A DNA stretch of 64,000 nucleotides, taken from assembly GCF_009914755.1 (NCBI RefSeq), contig NC_060928.1; one strand, 5' to 3'. The notes beneath the pieces were generated by a model. The model had not been told where the DNA came from, did no database searches, and was given only the letters and a program-made list of their open reading frames with translations. A program made the position numbers and the translations under genes. Positions 60,378-64,000 of this stretch are shown in pieces; the stretch's first letter is position 1, and the number at the start of each line of letters is the position of its first letter. Origin of the DNA: the human T2T-CHM13v2.0 reference genome, Homo sapiens.

Positions 60378-61280
60378 GGGAGGAGCCAAGATGGCCGAAT
60401 AGGAACAGCTCCGGTCTACAGCTCCCAGCGTGAGCGACGCAGAAGACGGTGATTTCTGCATTTCCATCTGAGGTACCGGGTTCATCTCACTAGGGAGTGC
60501 CAGACAGTGGGCGCAGGCCAGTGTGTGTGCGCACCGTGCGCGAGCCGAAGCAGGGCGAGGCATTGCCTCACCTGGGAAGCGCAAGGGGTCAGGGAGTTCC
60601 CTTTCCGAGTCAAAGAAAGGGGTGACGGACGCACCTGGAAAATCGGGTCACTCCCACCCGAATATTGCGCTTTTCAGACCGGCTTAAGAAATGGCGCACC
60701 ACGAGACTATATCCCACACCTGGCTCGGAGGGTCCTACGCCCACGGAATCTCGCTGATTGCTAGCACAGCAGTCTGAGATCAAACTGCAAGGCGGCAACG
60801 AGGCTGGGGGAGGGGCGCCCGCCATTGCCCAGGCTTGCTTAGGTAAACAAAGCAGCCCGGAAGCTCGAACTGGGTGGAGCCCACCACAGCTCAAGGAGGC
60901 CTGCCTGCCTCTGTAGGCTCCACCTCTGGGGGCAGGGCACAGACAAACAAAAAGACAGCAGTAACCTCTGCAGACTTAACTGTCCCTGTCTGACAGCTTT
61001 GAAGAGAGCAGTGGTTCTCCCAGCACGCAGCTGGAGATCTGAGAACGGGCAGACTGCCTCCTCAAGTGGGTCCCTGACTCCTGACCCCCGAGCAGCCTAA
61101 CTGGGAGGCACCCCCCAGCAGGGGCACACTGACACCTCACACGGCAGGATATTCCAACAGACCTGCAGCTGAGGGTCCTGTCTGTTAGAAGGAAAACTAA
61201 CAACCAGAAAGGACATCTACACCGAAAACCCATCTGTACATCACCATCATCAAAGACCAAAAGTAGATAAAACCACAAAG
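60378..61280. promoter_or_regulatory. L1 5'UTR with sense and antisense promoters (CpG island)
   Basis: Intact YY1 motif and dense unmutated CpGs; promoter function is established for L1HS 5'UTRs. Confidence 0.85.
60610..60825 (-). CDS. ORF0: L1 ORF0 (71 aa), intact
   Basis: MAGAPPPASLPPCSLISDCCASNQRDSVGVGPSEPGVGYSLVVRHFLSRSEKRNIRVGVTRFSRCVRHPFL*; ATG at 60825-60823. Confidence 0.85.
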   Translation of the reverse strand: MAGAPPPASLPPCSLISDCCASNQRDSVGVGPSEPGVGYSLVVRHFLSRSEKRNIRVGVTRFSRCVRHPFL

Positions 61281-62593
<1,313 letters not shown>

Positions 62594-62632
62594 AGACCAT
62601 CGAGACTAGGAAGAAACTGCATCAACTAATGA

Positions 62633-64000
<1,368 letters not shown>

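Noticed and set aside
60826-60894. N-terminal extension of ORF0 in the ORF track (94 aa)
   Set aside because: Uses a non-ATG start; established ORF0 begins at MAGAPP (60825).

Overview
Human-type genomic DNA, not prokaryotic. The human-specific AluYb8 and L1HS elements support this, and LDB2 places it at 4p15 by established knowledge. The only host protein-coding sequence I can support is the first coding exon of LDB2 (minus strand, 16093-15962). Bases 1-15961 are LDB2 intron 1. Everything above ~16.3 kb is promoter and upstream intergenic DNA filled with repeats: about 20 Alus, MIR/L2/L1M fragments, MaLR and ERV1 LTRs, a decayed ERV-L provirus, a solo HERV-H LTR7, and a young 5'-intact L1HS that runs off the right edge. 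The most notable structure is the L1HS at 60378. It appears to carry a ~146-nt non-L1, promoter-like 5' transduction, keeps an intact ORF0 and an open ORF2, and has ORF1 killed twice, by a nonsense codon and by a nested AluYb8. Other points of interest are two local duplications (one preserving an Alu empty site), a probable L1-retroposed LTR 3' end, near-perfect hairpins, uORFs in the LDB2 leader and a CTCF motif. Repeat subfamily calls come from remembered consensus sequences, not database searches, and boundaries of old repeats are approximate.
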